Shown here piece by piece: positions 1-13,827 of a stretch of 64,000 bases of DNA (position 1 is its first letter; each line of letters begins with the position of its first letter). Under the pieces are notes generated by a model, which searched no databases, was not told the origin of the DNA, and worked only from the letters and a program-made list of their open reading frames with translations. Made by a program: the position numbers and the translations under genes. This stretch comes from Eledone cirrhosa (lineage: Eukaryota), in the NCBI GenBank assembly GCA_964016885.1, contig OZ024743.1:2666001-2730000 (forward strand). Direction: 5' to 3'.

Positions 1-34
1 TATGTATGTATATATGTATATATATATATGTATG

Positions 35-67
<33 letters not shown>

Positions 68-148
68 ATATATATATATATATATAATGTATATATGTGT
101 ATATATATGTATGTATATATATATAATGTATATATGTGTATATATATG

Positions 149-187
<39 letters not shown>

Positions 188-347
188 GTGTATATATATG
201 TATGTATATATATATATATATAATGTATATATGTGTATATATATGTATGTATATATATATATATATATATGTATATATGTGTATATATATGTATGTATAT
301 ATATATATATGTGTATATATATGTATGTATATATATATATATATGTG

Positions 348-392
<45 letters not shown>

Positions 393-393
393 G

Positions 394-424
<31 letters not shown>

Positions 425-431
425 ATATGTG

Positions 432-466
<35 letters not shown>

Positions 467-490
467 GTATGTATATATATATATATGTAT
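1..490. repeat. (TA)n/(TATG)n compound microsatellite
   Basis: Direct inspection. It is the first of many such arrays, e.g. 1150-1580, 3215-3715, 3855-4560, 5190-6168, 12706-13250 and 17636-17903. Confidence 0.98.
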
Positions 491-785
491 GTTTGCTATA
501 CAAAAATGGTTTTTAATGTCATTGCGGACATTAAAACGTTGTTTCTCAGCAGAGATTAAAAACCTTTTTTGTACAGCAAACCGTGTCACTCTTCTTTCCT
601 GATTTATCATTACTCCAAGTGTTTACAACATAGGAATTACAGCGTACTCGCAACATAACTATAGAAACGCCTTGTTGAGTCAAACTTAGCCAAGCGTTGA
701 TATCATCCACAACCCGGAGTACTATAACTGGACTACACTTAAGTGGACTACCTATAACAATAATTTATTTCCCTGTATATATATG

Positions 786-817
<32 letters not shown>

Positions 818-818
<1 letters not shown>

Positions 819-1150
819 CATCATCATCATTTCATTTTACGTCCGCTTTTTCCCTGCTTGCAAGGGTGGGACGGGAACTGATTCTGGCTTGATTTCTACA
901 GCTGGATGCCCTTCCTAACACCAACCTCATTTACAGTGAGTGCTGGGTGCTTTTTTGCCGTGGCACTTCCACTACCACTTTACAGTGGAATGATAGTCCT
1001 TATCATCTCATTTCTACAGCTGAGTAAACTGGAGCAATGTGAAATAAAGGGTCTTGCTCAAGGAAACAACACATCACCCAGTCTGAGAATTGAACTCACA
1101 ACCTTTCGATTGCAGGGCCAATGCTCTAACCACTAAGCCATGTACCTCCA
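818..1150 (-). mobile_element. tRNA-derived CORE-type SINE with RTE-like 3' tail ending in (GAT)n
   Basis: The minus strand reads GGAGGTACATGGCTTAGTGGTTAGAGC (A box)...GTTCAATTC (B box)...CCTTGAGCAAGACCCTTTATTTCACATTGCTCCAG (CORE-like)...GTTAGGAAGGGCATCCAGC...(GAT)n. It is near-identical to 48042-48428 and 55786-56116. Confidence 0.85.
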
Positions 1151-1366
1151 TATATATGTATGTATGTATATATATATATATATATATGTATGTATATATA
1201 TACATATATATGTATATATATATGTATGTATATATATGTGTATATGTATATATATGTGTATATGTATATATGTATATATATATGTATATATATGTGTATA
1301 TATGTATATATATATATGTATATATGTATATATATATATATGTCTATATGTATATATGTATATATG

Positions 1367-1399
<33 letters not shown>

Positions 1400-1448
1400 G
1401 TATGTATATATGTATATATATGTATGTATATATGTATATATATGTATG

Positions 1449-1482
<34 letters not shown>

Positions 1483-1579
1483 CATGTATATATATATGTA
1501 TATATATATATATATATGTGTATATATATGTATATATATATATGTGTATATATATGTATATATATATATATATGTGTAT

Positions 1580-1897
1580 ATCATCATCATCATCATCAAC
1601 GTTTGACGTCCGTGTTCCACGCTTGCATGGGTTTGGACGGGGGTTTTCCCACTTGAGGCAAGAGTGATTGTCTTGCTCGCATAGGACTGTCTGGCAGGTT
1701 TTCTACTGTTGGATGCCCTTCCTAACACCAACCACATTTACAGTGTGGGTCTGGGAGGTTTTTACCGTGTTGCCTACACGGCCACATTACAGCGTGGACT
1801 GTGTCTTTTTTTTTTGTCGTGACACCTACACGATCTCATTTGTTTCGGCCTGGATGTTGTGGCACCAACATAACTTTACATAGAAGGGGGCGGTGTG
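1580..1897 (-). mobile_element. 5'-truncated RTE LINE 3' UTR copy
   Basis: Matches the 3' UTR of the RTE at 13828-14140. Its (CAT)n tail on the + strand abuts (TA)n. Confidence 0.85.
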
Positions 1898-2053
1898 GGT
1901 ATATGTATATATATATATATGTGTATATATATGTATATATATATGTGTATATATATATATGTATATATATGTATATATATATATATATGTATATATATGT
2001 ATATATATATATGTATATATATGTATATATATATATATATGTATGTATATATA

Positions 2054-2383
2054 TTTCATTTCATTTCATTTGAGTTTGAGTCCATGCTCAGGCCAAGTCG
2101 AAGACTCCACCCTCAGAGTCTGGTGTGGTTGCCAGGTTGTATTCTCTGTTTAATTTTGACATGTGTAGGAGCGAGTTTGAGTCAGTTTGTGCTCGTTGTG
2201 TATATCCTGGGAGATGGGGTTCATCTCTAATGGTGCTTAAGTATCTATCCAGCTGCAATTTGAATGATTCCACACTGCATCCTGATAGATTTCTGACATG
2301 TACCGGAATGGAGTTGAATAGTTGTGCCCCTCGAACCAACAGACTTGACTCTCGCAGGGTTTTTGCTGCTTGGCCAGCCTTTT
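2054..2383 (-). mobile_element. 3' end of a CR1/L2/Jockey-group LINE with (AAATG)n tail
   Basis: Peptide [43 protein letters not shown] resembles the ORF2 C-terminus (FN.LP...FK..LD..L..D.P). A short tandem tail (TTTCA)n lies at 2054-2070. Confidence 0.7.
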
Positions 2384-2414
2384 TGTATGTATGTATGTAT
2401 ATATATGTATATAT

Positions 2415-2545
2415 AAGCGAAAACCAACCAAATAGTGAGTGTGTTCTGTTATTAATTCTGGCAATATTACACAAATATGACCCTCCCCAAGTATAACAAT
2501 ATTTGTTTCGACACACGATTTCATAAAAAACCTCACAAAACTAAT
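2415..2545 (+). mobile_element. Fragment of a PLE 3' non-coding region (pLTR)
   Basis: The motif ATGACCCTCCC(C/A)AAGTATAACAATAT is shared with 11345-11475, 17903-17990 and the sequence downstream of the GIY-YIG relic at 19920-21095. Confidence 0.6.
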
Positions 2546-2559
2546 TCATCGCTGTTATA

Positions 2560-2748
2560 TGGGCGGTGGATTGGCAGTATCGGTAGAGGGTCGGACGCCA
2601 TGCTTTCCAGCATAGTTACGTCCCTTTACGATCTGAGTTCAAATCCCGCTGAGGTTGACTTTGCCTTTCATCCTTACGGGGTCGATAAAATAAAGTACCA
2701 GTAATGCACTGGATAATTGCTGGCCTTGTGCCTAAAGTAGAAACAGTT
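2560..2748 (+). mobile_element. Short tRNA-derived SINE (Meta-like central domain)
   Basis: GGGCGGTGGATTGGCAG...GAGTTCAAATCCCGC (B box) followed by GACTTTGCCTTTCATCCTTACGGGGTCGATAAAATAAAGTACCAG. A near-identical copy lies at 54218-54407 (-). Confidence 0.8.
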
Positions 2749-2769
2749 ATATGTATATATATGTATATA

Positions 2770-2811
<42 letters not shown>

Positions 2812-2832
2812 AATGTATATATATATATATAA

Positions 2833-2883
<51 letters not shown>

Positions 2884-2987
2884 ATATATATATATATATA
2901 TGATATATATATATATGTATATATATATGTATATATATATGTATATATGTATATATATATATGTATATATATATGTATATATATATA

Positions 2988-3215
2988 TACAGTCCACGCT
3001 GTAATGTGGCCGTGTAGGCAACACGGTAAAAACCTCCCAGCCCCACACTGTAAATGTGGTTGGTGTTAGGAAGGGCATCCAACTGTAGAAAACCCGCCAG
3101 ACAGTCCTATGCGAGCAAGACAACCACTCTTGCCTCAAGTGGGAAAACCCCCGTCCAAACCCATGCAAGCGTGGAACACGGACGCTAAACCTGATGATGA
3201 TGATGATGATGATGA
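2988..3215 (+). mobile_element. 5'-truncated RTE 3' UTR copy
   Basis: Reverse complement of 1580-1800. It ends in (GAT)n and is embedded in (TA)n. Confidence 0.85.
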
Positions 3216-3231
3216 TATGTATGTATATATG

Positions 3232-3262
<31 letters not shown>

Positions 3263-3473
3263 GTATATATATATGTATATATATATGTATATATATATGT
3301 ATATGTATATATATATGTATATGTATATATATATGTATATATATATGTATATATATATGTATATGTATATATATATGTATATATATATGTATATATATAT
3401 GTATATGTATATATATATGTATATATATATGTATATGTATATGTATATGTATATATATATGTATATATATATG

Positions 3474-3504
<31 letters not shown>

Positions 3505-3954
3505 GTATATATATATATGTATATATATATATATGTATATATATATGTATATATATATATGTATATATATATATGTATATATATATATGTATATATATAT
3601 ATGTATATATATATATGTATATATATATATGTATATATATATATGTATATATATATATGTATATACACGTACATACATATATGTATACAGACGTACAGTA
3701 GTAGGTATATATATATATGTACGTATGGATTCACCGAACATTTATTATAATGCTCGGTGTGTTTGTAAACAAACATCCCTTATTAAGCTGTAATGTCCAG
3801 CAAGTAACAGCCGTACTAAGAGTGGGAAATGAAATTTTGTTTCATTTTTTCCGTTTATATATATATATATATATATATAAGTATGTATATATATGTATAT
3901 ATATATGTATATGTATATATATATGTATATGTATATATATATATGTATGTATAT

Positions 3955-3986
<32 letters not shown>

Positions 3987-4038
3987 GTATGTATATGTAT
4001 ATATATATATGTATGTATATATATATATGTATGTATAT

Positions 4039-4070
<32 letters not shown>

Positions 4071-4441
4071 GTATGTATATGTATATATATATATGTATGT
4101 ATATGTATATATATATATGTATGTATATGTATATATATATATGTATATATATATATGTATGTATATGTATATATATATATGCATATATATATATATGTAT
4201 ATCTGTATATATCTATGTATATATGTATATATATATGTATATGTATATATATATGTATATGTATATCTATATATGTATATGCATATATGTATATATGTAT
4301 CTATATATGTATATATATATATATGCATATATATATATATGTAAATATATGTATATGTGTATATATGTATATATATATGTATATGTATATATATATATGT
4401 GTATATATGTATATGTGTATATATGTATATATGTATATGTG

Positions 4442-4472
<31 letters not shown>

Positions 4473-4503
4473 GTATATATAAATGTATATGTATATATAT
4501 ATG

Positions 4504-4534
<31 letters not shown>

Positions 4535-4560
4535 ATGTATATATATATTTATATTATATT

Positions 4561-5191
4561 ATATTTTGAGAATAAACTCTGTCATTTACAATAATTAAGC
4601 TCCAGGAAGGGTCTCTTCCTAACAGTTAATACATTTAAAGTGTACGATAAACACGAAATGTGTTTACATTGCAACAGACAAAGTTAGCTATTAATGAAAT
4701 AAACTAATAAAAGTGAATACAATTTGTCTGTCTCGATATAAGTCAATAAAGACAATATTATATTGGCAACAGCCATGATTCCTGCACATATTTAAATTTC
4801 AAAATTCAAACCTGTTCTGTAGACGAATTTGAACCTCGAAACCCAAATAAGTTTCGCAACGGTGGAATGTGAATTGAAAAATAAAGAGAATCAAAATGGG
4901 ATGGAAATAAAAGAGTGAAATACCCAAATCTTCTGTGCTTATCAACAGGAATCCAGTAAGATTAGTTTATCACACATCAAAAATTTTGCAAGACTGACTA
5001 CACGTGGGTAGGCAGGCCAGAACTAGCTATCCCACATTCACGGTGCTAGAAATAACAGCCGCTTATGCAGGATTAAGGATCAGCTCTTATATCGAGACAG
5101 ACAAATTGTATTCACTTTTATTAGTTTATTTCATTAATAGCTAACTTTGTCTGTTGCAATGTAAACACATTTCCTGTTTATCGTACATTTT
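4561..5191. mobile_element. Non-coding insert with ~107-bp inverted repeats in (TA)n
   Basis: 4635-4742 is the reverse complement of 5086-5191 with about 2 mismatches. The left arm is preceded by ~75 nt of unpaired sequence. Confidence 0.75.
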
Positions 5192-5298
5192 ATATATATT
5201 TATATGTATATATATATGTATATGTATATATGTATGTATATGTATATATGTATGTATATGTATATATGTATGTATGTGTATATATGTATGAATATATG

Positions 5299-5361
<63 letters not shown>

Positions 5362-5492
5362 GTATATGTATATATGTATGTGTATATATATATGTGTGTA
5401 TATATATATGTGTATATATATATGTATGTATGTATATATGTATGTGTATATATATATGTGTGTATATATATATGTGTATATATATATGTATG

Positions 5493-5533
<41 letters not shown>

Positions 5534-6123
5534 ATATATAAGTATATATATGTATATGTGTATATATATATTTATATATATATATATATATATGTGTGTG
5601 TAATAATAATATATGTGTTTATATATAGATATGTATATATATACATGTATATATATATATATATATACATGTATATATATATATGTATATATATACATGT
5701 ATATATATATATATACATATATATGTACATGTATATATATATGTATATATATATATATATATATGTGTGTATATATATATATATATGTGTATATATATGT
5801 ATATATATATATATGTGTGTATATATATGTATATATATATATATATGTGTATATGTGTATATATATGTATATATATATATATATGTGTATATATATATAT
5901 ATATGTGTATATATATATATATGTGTGTATATATATGTATATATATATATGTGTGTATATATATATATATATATACGTGTGTATATGTATATATATATAT
6001 ATGTGTATATATATATATGTGTATATATATATATGTATATGTATATATATATGTGTATGTATATATATATATATATATATGTGTGTGTATGTATATATAT
6101 ATATATATATGTGTGTGTGTATG

Positions 6124-6170
<47 letters not shown>

Positions 6171-6268
6171 ATAATAATAAATTTGAAGACTAAAATCCAA
6201 AGATGGCTCCATAAGGATAAATATATATCAAATATATAAGAACCGTACAGCAAATATTTATTAAAATA

Positions 6269-6344
6269 ACAGATTAAAGTTTAAGCAAAGAATCGCTGCT
6301 TTCACCCTTAACGGGATCTTCTGAAACTAACAAAGTCAATCTGT
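6269..6344 (-). ncRNA. Variant type I hammerhead ribozyme-like motif
   Basis: Minus strand: acagattga..agttt CAGAAGA t ccc gttaa ggg t GAAA gca gcgattctt tgc TT aaact ttaatctgt. Stems I (extended), II and III all pair, but the core has A at position 4 instead of U. Confidence 0.55.
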
Positions 6345-6368
6345 AAACCTATATATATATATAGGTGT

Positions 6369-6880
6369 ATCATCATCACCGTTTTACGTCCGTTCTTCCA
6401 CGCTATCATGGGTTAGACGGGTTGTCCTGTTGTGGGCAGTGTCTGGTCGGCTGACCATGCCTTGCTAATACAGGAACTGATCTGGCTTGATTTCTACAGC
6501 TGGATGCCCTTCCTAACACCAACCTCATTCACAGCTGGGTGCTTTTTCGTGGCGCCTACACGTCCACTTTACAGTGTGGGCTGGGTGCTTTTTTGCCGTG
6601 GCACCTCCACGACCACCTTGCGGTGGGGGGGGGGGGGTCGGGGGGGGGGGGCATATTGTTTATATGCTTCAGCATGTACCCATGGGAGGTCGGGTACCCT
6701 GTATTACTGCGTGACGCCAGAAGTCACGGTCGTGTGTCATTGACTTTGAGAGGTGTAGTTGGGTAAGGTCGGCTTTTATCACCTCATCCCGTCTTCTTGG
6801 GTCTCCCCACTCCGCGGTTTCCATCAACTTCTAGTGCTCTGCACCTTTTTATGCAGCTGTCATCCTTCAGCTGTCATCCG
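6369..6880 (-). mobile_element. RTE LINE 3' fragment (second subfamily)
   Basis: 6800-6880 encodes DDSCIKRCRALEVDGNRGVGRP on the minus strand, homologous to the RTE C-terminus at ~14270-14340. This is followed by a 3' UTR and a (GAT)n-like tail. Confidence 0.75.
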
Positions 6881-6927
6881 TATATATATGTATATATTTA
6901 TGGATCCGTATATATATGTATATATTT

Positions 6928-8177
6928 ATGGATCTTACTGGATCAACAAGAAATCTCAGACCCCATTTGACGTTAGCATGGGGGCGAGTGACTCGGCTGA
7001 AATTAGCGACCTTGTGGGCCTGTACATCCTACATAACCTGAAGAACCTCTTTACCGGCCTTACTGGAGGTTTATACCGAGACGACGGCCTCTTCGCCCTG
7101 CATAAGGTTAGCCCCAGAACCACCGATGGGTTTCGGAAAAACTTAAGCTCTTTCTTCTCTAATCTAGGATTTAGTATTACTATAGATTCTAATTTGACTA
7201 GGGCCAACTTCTTAGATGTCACTCTCGACCTAGATACTTCCCTCTATTACCCGTACCACAAACCTAACGAGTCCCTTAAATATATTAATGTTAATTCAAA
7301 CCACCCCCAAAACATTACTGATAACCTAGTAAAAAGCGTCTCTATTAGAATATCTGGCCTCTCCGCCAACAAAGATATTTTTAATGCATCTGCCTCCTAC
7401 TACAATGACGCCCTAGCCCGTAGCGGATTTAAAGATAAGATAACTTACCTAGAAACCACCGCAAAATTGCAGAGGAGGAATAGACATAGGCAGATTAGCT
7501 GGTACAACCCTCCCTTCAATAGAGAGGTATCTACTCCGATAGCTAGGATTTTCTTCACTTTACTGAAATTACACTTCCCCATACAACATAGGTACTACAC
7601 CATCTTTAATAAGAACACTATAAGACTGTCTTACTCCACCACACCTAACCTAGCTAGGAATATAGCCAACCACAACTCTAAACTAAATAAGCCAACCACC
7701 TCCGAAACCAATCCCCGGACTGGGGCTCTATGTAATTGCCTAAATAAGGAAACATGCCCACTAGAAAACAAATGCCTCACAAACGACATCGTATACAAAT
7801 GCGATGTCATCTCGGGCACCGAGGATTGCAAAAAAACTTACATCGGCATGACATCCAACACCTTTAAGACCCGCTGGTATGCCCATACCCACTCCTTCAG
7901 AAGACCGGATAAATCAAACCAAACAACACTCGCCTCCTACGTTTGGGACCTCAAAAGGAACTCCACCCCCTTCACGCTTAATTGGAAAATACTCCAGAAA
8001 GCGCGCTCTTACGACGGAGGACACAAGGGCTGCGACCTTTGTATTTCAGAGAGTTACGAAATTTTATTCGCCAAGGGCCCGCTACTGAACAAACTCTCTG
8101 AACACTGCCCGAACTGCATGCACAAGAACTTTGCAACATTCAAACACTTTAAGCCAGTGTTAAAGCCCGATGGCTAA
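6928..8177 (+). CDS. 5'-truncated Penelope-like retroelement polyprotein (RT C-terminal half, Cys linker, GIY-YIG endonuclease), Naiad-like
   Basis: The frame is open and contains [74 protein letters not shown] and LNK.SE..C.H. The first ~55 aa of the listed ORF 6759-8177 derive from the adjacent RTE fragment and TA repeats. Confidence 0.9.
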
Positions 8178-8309
8178 AAACGACCTCCTCCTATTGGCCC
8201 CTATACCTCCTCCCCACCCTACCCCCACCCCTCCTCAACCTGAAATACGGCCACTATGGTCATGTGAGTACCTCTTTTGTATCTACTTTTTCTGCCTGTA
8301 GGGGTGTCT

Positions 8310-10620
<2,311 letters not shown>

Positions 10621-11170
10621 TGTGAGTGAGTATGTGTGTTTTTTTGGTGGTTTTTTTTAGGTGTGGCTTTTTTTGTTTTTCTGTTTTTTTGGTTTTTTTG
10701 GGGTTTCTTTGTTTTTTTGTGAATGTGTCTGTTGATTTGGCATATTGTTGATTAGTTTAAGAGAAGTTCGAAGATAATAGTAAGATATGCACTCAGTATT
10801 TTGAATCTGTCTGCAGAATTCCCTAGACCTTTGTCACTTAGCAGAACTTAATGACTTTAGCTTTTAAAGAATCTCCCTTTTCTTTAATTCTATCGAGCAT
10901 GAATGACCCCCCACTGATTTTATAGACATCTGCTAGCTTAAGAGAAACTTATTGACAAGGAATGGTATGCCATCCGGAACTTGTTTATAGATTTCTGTCT
11001 GCCTTTGTTACTCTAAAAACATAAATAAATATAAATTAACTATAGCTATGTAGAATTAGCCTTTAATGAATTCCCTTCTCTATCAACCAATGACCTGCAC
11101 CCATCCCACTCCCCACCCTCTCCTACCACTTGTAGAGACCTATAAATACCATATTTATTTTTTGATACCC

Positions 11171-11221
11171 AGATTCCTGATGATTTCTAATGAATGAAAC
11201 AGTTCTAGTCCTGTAGAATCT
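11171..11221 (+). ncRNA. Type I hammerhead ribozyme, copy 1
   Basis: AGATTC CTGATGA t ttc taat gaa t GAA ACAG ttctagtc CTGT A GAATCT. Stem I is 6 bp and perfect, the core CUGAUGA/GAAA is intact, stem III is ACAG/CTGT, and the triplet is GUA (predicted cut after 11215). Confidence 0.85.
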
Positions 11222-11304
11222 CATCTATATTAAAACTATTATACTCTGCTATGTATTGAGTACCTTACTTACTGTGGTTACCTCCGATTCAACCCGGAAT
11301 AACG

Positions 11305-11336
<32 letters not shown>

Positions 11337-11401
11337 TATACATATTTCGTTTCTGAATTTGTTTAGCAAGATTCTTTATCTGAAATCGTGTGTTGAAACC
11401 A

Positions 11402-11474
11402 ATATTGTTATACTTTGGGAGGGTCATGTTGCCAATAAGATTGGCAACATGACCCTCCCAAAGTATAACAATAT
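11402..11474. repeat. Perfect hairpin (35-bp arms, 3-nt loop) made of PLE pLTR sequence
   Basis: ATATTGTTATACTTTGGGAGGGTCATGTTGCCAAT aag ATTGGCAACATGACCCTCCCAAAGTATAACAATAT. Confidence 0.9.
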
Positions 11475-11782
11475 ATATATATATATATACATAAATATAT
11501 ATATATATATATACATAAATATATATATATATAAAAAAAGAGCTTAAGAGAAACTTAATGACAAGGAATGGTATGCCATCCGGAACCTGTTTATAGAATT
11601 CTGTCTGCCCTTGTTACTCTAAAAACATAAATAAATAAAAATAAAAATAAACTATAGCTTTGTAGAATTAGCTTTTAATGAATTCCCTTTTCTATCAACC
11701 AATGACCTACACCCATCCCACTCCCCACCCTCTCCTACCACTTGTAGAGACCTATAAATACCATTTTTATTTTTTGATACCC

Positions 11783-11833
11783 AGATTCCTGATGATTTCT
11801 AATGAATGAAACAGTTCTAGTCCTGTAGAATCT
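11783..11833 (+). ncRNA. Type I hammerhead ribozyme, copy 2
   Basis: Identical to 11171-11221 and located 612 nt downstream. Confidence 0.85.
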
Positions 11834-11938
11834 CATCTATATTAAAACTATATATATATATATTAGGGTAAACATTGATGCAATTCAATTCAAGCACTCA
11901 TCGTACTTTTTCCACATAGGAGTGACGGAGTAAATATC

Positions 11939-12039
11939 GAATAAGGAAAAGCGAAGTAGTTTCAGATGTTCAAATCCTTTAATAATAAATTATTATTAAA
12001 GGATTTGAACATCTGAAACTACTTCGCTTTTCCTTATTC
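11939..12039. repeat. Perfect hairpin (49-bp arms, 3-nt loop)
   Basis: GAATAAGGAAAAGCGAAGTAGTTTCAGATG...AATAATA aat TATTATT...CATCTGAAACTACTTCGCTTTTCCTTATTC. Confidence 0.92.
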
Positions 12040-12105
12040 TATATATATGTATATATATATGTGTGTATATGTGTGTGTATATATATATGTATATATATAT
12101 ATATA

Positions 12106-12150
<45 letters not shown>

Positions 12151-12156
<6 letters not shown>

Positions 12157-12706
12157 TAAATCATGTCTTAAGAATCATCAGATAATAAAATATATACTAT
12201 TTCTTCTTCTAATTAGCATAATTAACCATATAAAAAATCAATTAGAACAAGCTATAAGAATAAATGCTCTTATGGAGAAATCTCCGACAAATAACCGAAC
12301 GTAGTCTCTTCGCGGCGGCCTCAATCGAGTATTTATCCAACATTTCGACAGCATGTAGAAACTGACTAAATATACCATCAACCATACACAATTAGGTGGA
12401 AAATTAAACTTAGAAGAAATGCGCACATACCGTAATTATATCTCTACCATGGTTTCTTCCTTATTTTTAGACATCCAAATAATTGGAATGTCCTGAGTTA
12501 GGATTTATCAGGAGACAAACTCAAAATCAGACATCTAGTTTTTCAATCCGATCCCGCCAAAAATAGATTCAAAAATGGCTAAGAACCGCTATGTGGCTGT
12601 GGTCAAGCCAAAAATTTTATTATCTGATGATTCTAAAGACATGATTTATGATATATTGCTCTGATTTTTTAATTCATAGAGCTTAAAAGTGACCAGTTGC
12701 AACATC
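12151..12706. mobile_element. Non-coding insert with ~40-bp inverted repeats in (TA)n
   Basis: 12151-12190 is the reverse complement of 12615-12655 with 1 mismatch. About 50 nt of unpaired sequence extends to the right. Confidence 0.7.
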
Positions 12707-12787
<81 letters not shown>

Positions 12788-12821
12788 GTGTGTATATATA
12801 TATATGTATAAATATATATAT

Positions 12822-12860
<39 letters not shown>

Positions 12861-12926
12861 CATATATATACACATATATATATATATATACATATGTATA
12901 TATATATATGTGTGTATATATATATA

Positions 12927-12973
<47 letters not shown>

Positions 12974-13102
12974 ATATATATATATATGTGTGTATATATA
13001 TATATATATGTGTATATATATATGTGTATATATATATATATATGTGTATATATATATATATATGTGTATATATATATATATATGTGTATATATATATATA
13101 TA

Positions 13103-13147
<45 letters not shown>

Positions 13148-13219
13148 ATATATATATATATATGTGTGTGTGTGTATATATATATATGTGTATATGTGTG
13201 TATGTACATCTATATATAC

Positions 13220-13250
<31 letters not shown>

Positions 13251-13328
13251 ACGAAGGAAATGTGGTAAGGAACCAGGTGGACCATAACGCACCAAAGTAC
13301 TCAATACTTGTGGTAGTAGAGTGGGTAT

Positions 13329-13440
13329 TAGGAACCAGTAAGACCCCGACAGCTGAGCTCAAGCCGTTTCGACGGCTAATTCTAATTAGAATTAGCCGTC
13401 GAAACGGCTTGAGCTCAGCTGTCGGGGTCTTACTGGTTCC

Positions 13441-13442
<2 letters not shown>
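13329..13442. repeat. Perfect 114-bp palindrome containing the 3' half of a hammerhead
   Basis: 57-bp arms with no loop (centre TCTAA|TTAGA). Each arm carries C GAAAC GGC ttgagctca GCT GTC. Confidence 0.92.
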
Positions 13443-13472
<30 letters not shown>

Positions 13473-13494
13473 TATATATATATATATATGTATC

Positions 13495-13525
<31 letters not shown>

Positions 13526-13827
13526 TGCTTCTCTGATGAACTTTGATTTTCCATTAGAAATCCATTGGTCAGGGCGAAAAGGATAGGTAAATATTTAAAT
13601 CATACTTTTTTAATTTATTTTAAAAAATTGGTTGAATTTTGCTTGTTCTGCTTATCTTAATATTATAGTTCTGGTACAACCTTCAATCATAGACAACCTA
13701 TATATTTCCAGGGGTACTTAGTATCCTTGGGTATATTAACTTCTTTTATATGTATATATATATGTATATATATATATATGTATATATATATATGTGTGTG
13801 TGTATATATATATATATATCTATGTAT

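Larger units (their letters stand above)
10935..11851 (+). mobile_element. Tandem direct repeat (~305 bp, 2 copies) of a hammerhead-containing non-coding unit (PLE pLTR or retrozyme-like)
   Basis: 10935-11240 and 11541-11851 are near-identical. Each contains a CCCACCC tract, TATAAATA and then a hammerhead motif. Confidence 0.85.

Noticed and set aside
595-720. GAAACGC...GCGTT resembling hammerhead stem III
   Set aside because: There is no CUGANGA core or stem II at a suitable position upstream.
6759-6927. N-terminus of the 472-aa ORF
   Set aside because: It is made of an antisense RTE fragment and TA repeats, fused in frame with the PLE by chance.
12620-12660. CTGATGA within the inverted repeat
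   Set aside because: No downstream GAAA or stem III, so it is not a hammerhead.
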